Shown piece by piece: positions 59,205 through 64,000 of a DNA stretch of 64,000 bases. The stretch comes from Squalus acanthias (Eukaryota). Position numbers and translations under genes: made by a program. The notes below the pieces were generated by a model. The model was not told where the DNA came from and did no database searches. It saw only the letters and a list, made by a program, of their open reading frames with translations. Position 1 is the stretch's first letter, and the number at the start of each line of letters is the position of its first letter. Location: the NCBI GenBank assembly GCA_030390025.1, contig CM059432.1:132310001-132374000 (forward strand). Direction: 5' to 3'.

Positions 59205-60373
59205 TTTGCTTTCCAAGTCCTTGAACGTGTTGTCGCCTCCCAAATCCATGCCCATCTTTCCCGCAATTCCATGTTTGAATCCCTCCAATCAGGTTTCTGC
59301 CCTCGCCACAGTACCGAAACAGCTCTCATCAAAGTCACAAATGACATCCTTTGTGACTGCGACAAAAGTAAACTATCCCTCCTCGTCCTTCTTGACTTGT
59401 CTGCAGCCTTTGACATGGTTGACCACTCCAGCTTTCTCCAACGCCTCTCCGTCATCCAGCTGGGTGGGACTGCACTCGCCTGGTTCCATTCTTATCTATC
59501 TAATCGTAGCCAGGTGTCTAAATTGTCAGACTGCTTGTCCGACATACAGTTCTGGATAAGCAAAATTTTTCTTCAATATCGGCAAGACCGAAGCCATTGT
59601 TTTCAGTCCACGCCACAAACTCTGTTCCCTAGCCACCTGACTCCATCCCTCTCCCCAACATCTGTCTGAGGCAACCTTGGTGTCATATTTGACCCTGAAA
59701 TGAGCTTCTGACCACATATCCGCAGCATAACAAAGACCGCCTACTTCCACCTCTGTAACATCGCCCGTCTCCGCCCTTGCCTCACCTCATCCATGCCTTT
59801 GTTACCTCTAGACTTGACTATTCCAACACACTCCTGGCTGGCCTCCCACATTCCACCCTACATAAACTTGGTGACATTCAAAACTCGGCTGCCCGTGTCC
59901 TAACTCGCTACCAAGCCCCGCTCGTCCATCACCCGTGCTCGCTGACCGACATTGGCTCCCGGTTAAGCAGCGCCTCGTTTTCAAAATTCTCAACCTGGTT
60001 TTCAAATCCCTCCATGGCCTCACCCCTCCCTATCTCTAATCTCCACCCCCCCCCCGCCCCCAGAGATAACTGCTCTCCTCTAATTCTGCCCTCGAGCATC
60101 CATGATTATAATCACTCAACCTTTGGTGGCTGTGCCTTCTGTTGCCTAGGCCCTAAGCTCTGGAATTCCCTCCCTAAACCCCTCCGCCTCACTACCTCTC
60201 TTTCCTCCTTTAAGACGCTCCTTAAAACCGACCTCTTTGACCAAGCTTTTGGTCACCTGCCCTAATTTCTCCTTATGTGGCTCAGGGTCACTTTTTTGTT
60301 TTAAAATACTCCTGGGCAGCGCCTTGGACGTTTTACTACGTTAAAGGTGCTACATAAATACAAGTTGTTGTTG
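59205..60373 (+). mobile_element. L2 LINE fragment with internal deletion
   Basis: QSGF..HSTETAL..LLDLSAAFD; SRLDYSN; WNSLP; TTG tail. Confidence 0.9.
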
Positions 60374-62108
60374 TAATATTAAATAGCATAGATGGCTTTA
60401 AGGGGAAGCTAGATAAGTATATGAGGGAGAAAGCAATAGAAGGATATAGGGCGAGATGAAGGAGAGTGGGAGGAGGCTCATGGAGCATAAACACCAGCAC
60501 AGATCAGTTGGGGCCGAATGGCCTGTTTCTGTCCTGTAAGTTCAATGTAATTCTATTGGGCTTTCTTTTACTGGCCAGCAAAAGGGCTGGGGGTGGAAAC
60601 AGCAATGAACGCCTGTTTTGGGAACATCCAACAGCTGTGTAGATCACAAGTGGCTTCCCCTGGGCCACACTCGGTCACCAATGCTTTAACTAAACCACAG
60701 CAAGCCTCAAAAGATGGAGTACTTCCCCATCACAGCTACGAAGCAACAAGCTTTGCGAATGGCTATTTTAACAATTATTCTGCTCCTTGTCGGAGTGTCG
60801 ACATTCTGAATGGCTGCTTTCAATTGATAACACCATCCATGAAAGAACTATGAGAATTTGTGAAGTGGAAGCTGGTCAGTTAGATTTTTAAATTCGAGGA
60901 TTACTCAGCCTCAGTTCTTTCGTAGAACAAACTACGAAACATGTTGCGTGATATTAGATATTAAAATGAGTGGTCTCCGGTTTGGGGTGTGTATGGTGAC
61001 CGATTCATACTTCTCACACACACACGATGCACCAAATTTGTTCAAATTTATGATTTATTTTAGTATACCTTAGAGTACGAATTCCAGACACCCACCAATA
61101 AATACTGATCATTTCATGTAAAATGGTCACTGCGTACATTTAGTTTAAGAGAGGACCTTTGTAAAACGGCATCAAATGATGCAGTCACAAGAAGTTAGAG
61201 ATCTTCACAGTCGAGCTAAGGTTGCTGGCTCCCTTTGACAAGTTCTTCAGAATTGGCACTTTTTCACCAACCTTAAATTAAAAATAATGTAAACAATATA
61301 CATTTTAAAATAAAGTAAAACTATGCAAAATAGGTTAGTTATGGAACTTCTTTTCTGAGCCACAATTAACAAGGAAAAACTGTTAGCTGGTTGAAATATT
61401 TAGAAATGTACGTTCCAACAGCATCCTTCCATTTAAATCTCCACAATCAAACAATGCTCAGTAGCAAGCGTTTTCTGTAATGTCCAATTAAGCACTAGTA
61501 TTATGTAGGATAGGCAGAGTAGTTTAAGAACGTTTTATTTTTCCTCAATGACATGCACCCACATCGTTCACCTGATCTGCAAGCTGCATTTATTTTATCA
61601 AAATTGAGCCCAGATTGTTGATTTCCAGCCATTTCCCTTCAGCAACGTGATTTGGGATGGTTTAGTCACCGACCTTAAGACTCCTTTAGGTGACTGGATT
61701 ACACCAAAATCGCTCTTTGTAAAATGAACAAGTAGGCTGGCATTTCCAGCTCCTCGCACCATCCTATGTGGAAGGTTCTGCTCAGAAGTAAGACTCATGC
61801 CAACTTTGCACAGCCATTTTTAGCATGATTTGGTAAAACAGAAATGGTAGCACAGCAGACAAAACCTGTAACGTTCACACTGCACCTAATTTTGGCGTTA
61901 AAGAAGAAAACAAATAGAATTTAAAAAATAACTTGCTGTGTGTTACATTTTCACCGAAAACAAACACACCAGGCAGGCAAAAGAACAGGAGGCTTGCTCT
62001 CATGTATGCTAGAATCAGCAAATGTGCCCATGTCAACCCTCACTACTTCAATCCTGACAAGCAGATGTTCAGATTCAGCACGACTCATGAAGACTGTGTG
62101 CAGCTTTC

Positions 62109-62249
62109 CTAGTGGACGGTAGGATAGAGCCTGTTCTTCATGAAGATGACAGCAGCATAGTGTTGTCGGACTCCAGGATAGTGCTGGATATGGTTGAACC
62201 AGCGGGACACATTCACATATTTCTCTCGATCTTCATGGGTTAGTCCAGC
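62109..62249 (-). CDS. EEF1E1: EEF1E1 (AIMP3/p18) last coding exon
   Basis: tttatttctag|GCT GGA...CAC TAG gives AGLTHEDREKYVNVSRWFNHIQHYPGVRQHYAAVIFMKNRLYPTVH*, matching VDLTVQEKEKYLNVSRWFCHIQHYPGIRQHLSSVVFIKNRLY. Candidate AATAAA signals at 61594-61589 and 61539-61534. Not in the ORF track. Confidence 0.95.
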   Translation of the reverse strand, partial: AGLTHEDREKYVNVSRWFNHIQHYPGVRQHYAAVIFMKNRLYPTVH

Positions 62250-62474
62250 CTAGAAATAAACATTTTAAAAGTAGTTAAAAACAGGAGATCAAAACTTCAG
62301 TAAACCTCTTGCATAAATAGGAAGAGCTGCTTTACATTGTGAAACACCTACAGATCCAAATGGACCAATAGTCAAAAACAACATATGATATGCCATAGAG
62401 TCACACGGACTAGAAATGCCCCAGATTTGATACCTGGTCAGTGCTGAATGAATTGACCACAGGGTACTAACCCC

Positions 62475-62862
62475 CTGTCACTGGTGTAAAGTTTAGGGTA
62501 TTTAGTGGCTGCAGTGTGTACAATCTACAAGATGCACTGCAGCAACTCGCCAAGGCTTCTTCGGCAGCACCTCCCAAACCTGCGACCTCTACCACCTAGA
62601 AGGACAAGGGCAGCAGGTGCATGAGAACACCAACACCTGCAGGTTCCCCTCCAAGTCACACACCATCCTGACTTGGAAATATATCGCCATTCCTTCATTG
62701 TCGCTGGGTCAAAATCCTGGAACTCCCTCCCTAACAGCACTGTGGGAGTACCTTCACCACACAGACTGCAGCGGTTCACCACTACCTTCGAGGGCAATTA
62801 GAGATGGGCAATAAATGCTGGCATTGCCAGCGATGCCCACTTCCCAGGAACTAATAAAAAAA
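62475..62862 (+). mobile_element. Third-family LINE 3' end with non-LINE head (SINE-like)
   Basis: Homologous to 13088-13450 including the 5' junction; ends GGGCAATAAATGCTGGC..AATAAAAAAAA. Confidence 0.7.
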
Positions 62863-64000
62863 ACGTTCTTGCTTATGCTAGAATCGTCAAGTGTTTGCAA
62901 ATCTACCCACACTATTTCAATGCAGCGGGGTCTCAAGGAAGATGACAGCTGGGGTTTCAACTCAATTACTATTTAGTGAACTCTGATAGAAAGTGCTCAA
63001 GTGAAGATGGGATTGGGTTCACCTGTGATACCCCCACAGTTGAACGGCTTGCTAATATTTACTGTCTGAGTTCGCATGAGTAATAACCCCTTGGGTGGGG
63101 TACAAGAAGGCTGGCCACATTCAGAAGGGAAGGTCAAAAATAACCAGTGGGAAAATGACGTAGAACAAATAAGTCAACAAAACAAGTCAACAAAACCTAG
63201 AGTGTGGGTTCATGTGCAAGAAAAGGTTCAGGGATGTGTAGTGAAGTAGGTATTATACAAAAAGCTGAGTTTATGTTCTCGATGGTTTATGCTTATGCTT
63301 GAGCATGACCAAATGTAAAGGCAACCTCCAAATGTAACCATACTGTGCATTAGTGTTCCACATTCCTATTGTTTTCACGTCCATAGCACAAAACTGTAGG
63401 GCACATTAAAATTAACCGCAGGTTTAAAAAAAGCAAGTAGTACTGGTGGAAGTTTATTCCCTTCAGCCATCACTAAAAGGTAGGAGGCACTAACTCTTCA
63501 CCCTGAACTACAGAGGAAAGAAGTGTCTAGCCTGATGCTCCAGGCACCATGAGTGTGGAGCAGGCTTGATGGACCAGCTGGTCATTTCCTGTCCGTCAAT
63601 TTCATATATGGTTTAAAAATAATAAGTGGGGATTACAGCGCTACTCATTAAAAGTAATAAAGACAGGCACTGCTAAGTGCCACAAGGGCATGGAAGTCAT
63701 GACACAAGAAGCAAGTGCGACAAAGGGAAGCGCACACAGTCGCAAGACGTTTAATGCATGAATAATGTATCTTAACTTTAAATATGCGACTTCTTGTAAA
63801 ATCATTACTGGCAGAGCTAATCCACCAATGCTGCTCTGTACTGAAAACTGGATGCGTACAACACTATCTTAATAGCATAGCTGAGAATGGGAATGCAGCC
63901 TTTGCAACATTTTGCAAAAGTTTCTAAATAACCTCGCTTTAACTTCTGGTCTTAAACAGTGCAGCATAGGATTCCACCATATCCCATCAGAACATCTGTT

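Noticed and set aside
63960..64000. EEF1E1 penultimate exon (TDVLMGYGG resembles ADILLYYG)
   Set aside because: Weak similarity and no suitable splice donor.

Overview
Eukaryotic, repeat-dense vertebrate DNA, almost certainly from a shark or other elasmobranch (HE1 V-SINE, SacSINE1-like DeuSINEs, HER1/CR1 LINEs). Two host genes lie on the minus strand: the last coding exon of EEF1E1 (62249-62109) and coding exons 1-4 of BLOC1S5/Muted (16308-8277). This is the same gene order and orientation as in mammals. The rest is mostly transposable elements. (1) A full-length 4.2-kb PIF/Harbinger DNA transposon (46996-51212) has TIRs, a TAT TSD, an intact DDE transposase and a convergent 3-exon Myb/SANT gene with one nonsense codon. 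(2) Two Penelope-like (Neptune-type) retroelement families have termini carrying minimal hammerhead ribozyme motifs with covarying stems. They include three fold-back (hairpin) insertions with 12-13-bp TSDs and a one-sided 3' extension; the largest is a near-perfect palindrome with 647-bp arms. (3) There are also hAT MITEs, a 1.9-kb Blackjack-like hAT element, and many CR1, L2, other LINE and SINE fragments, several of them nested. Family assignments come from recognising motifs by eye; no database search was run.
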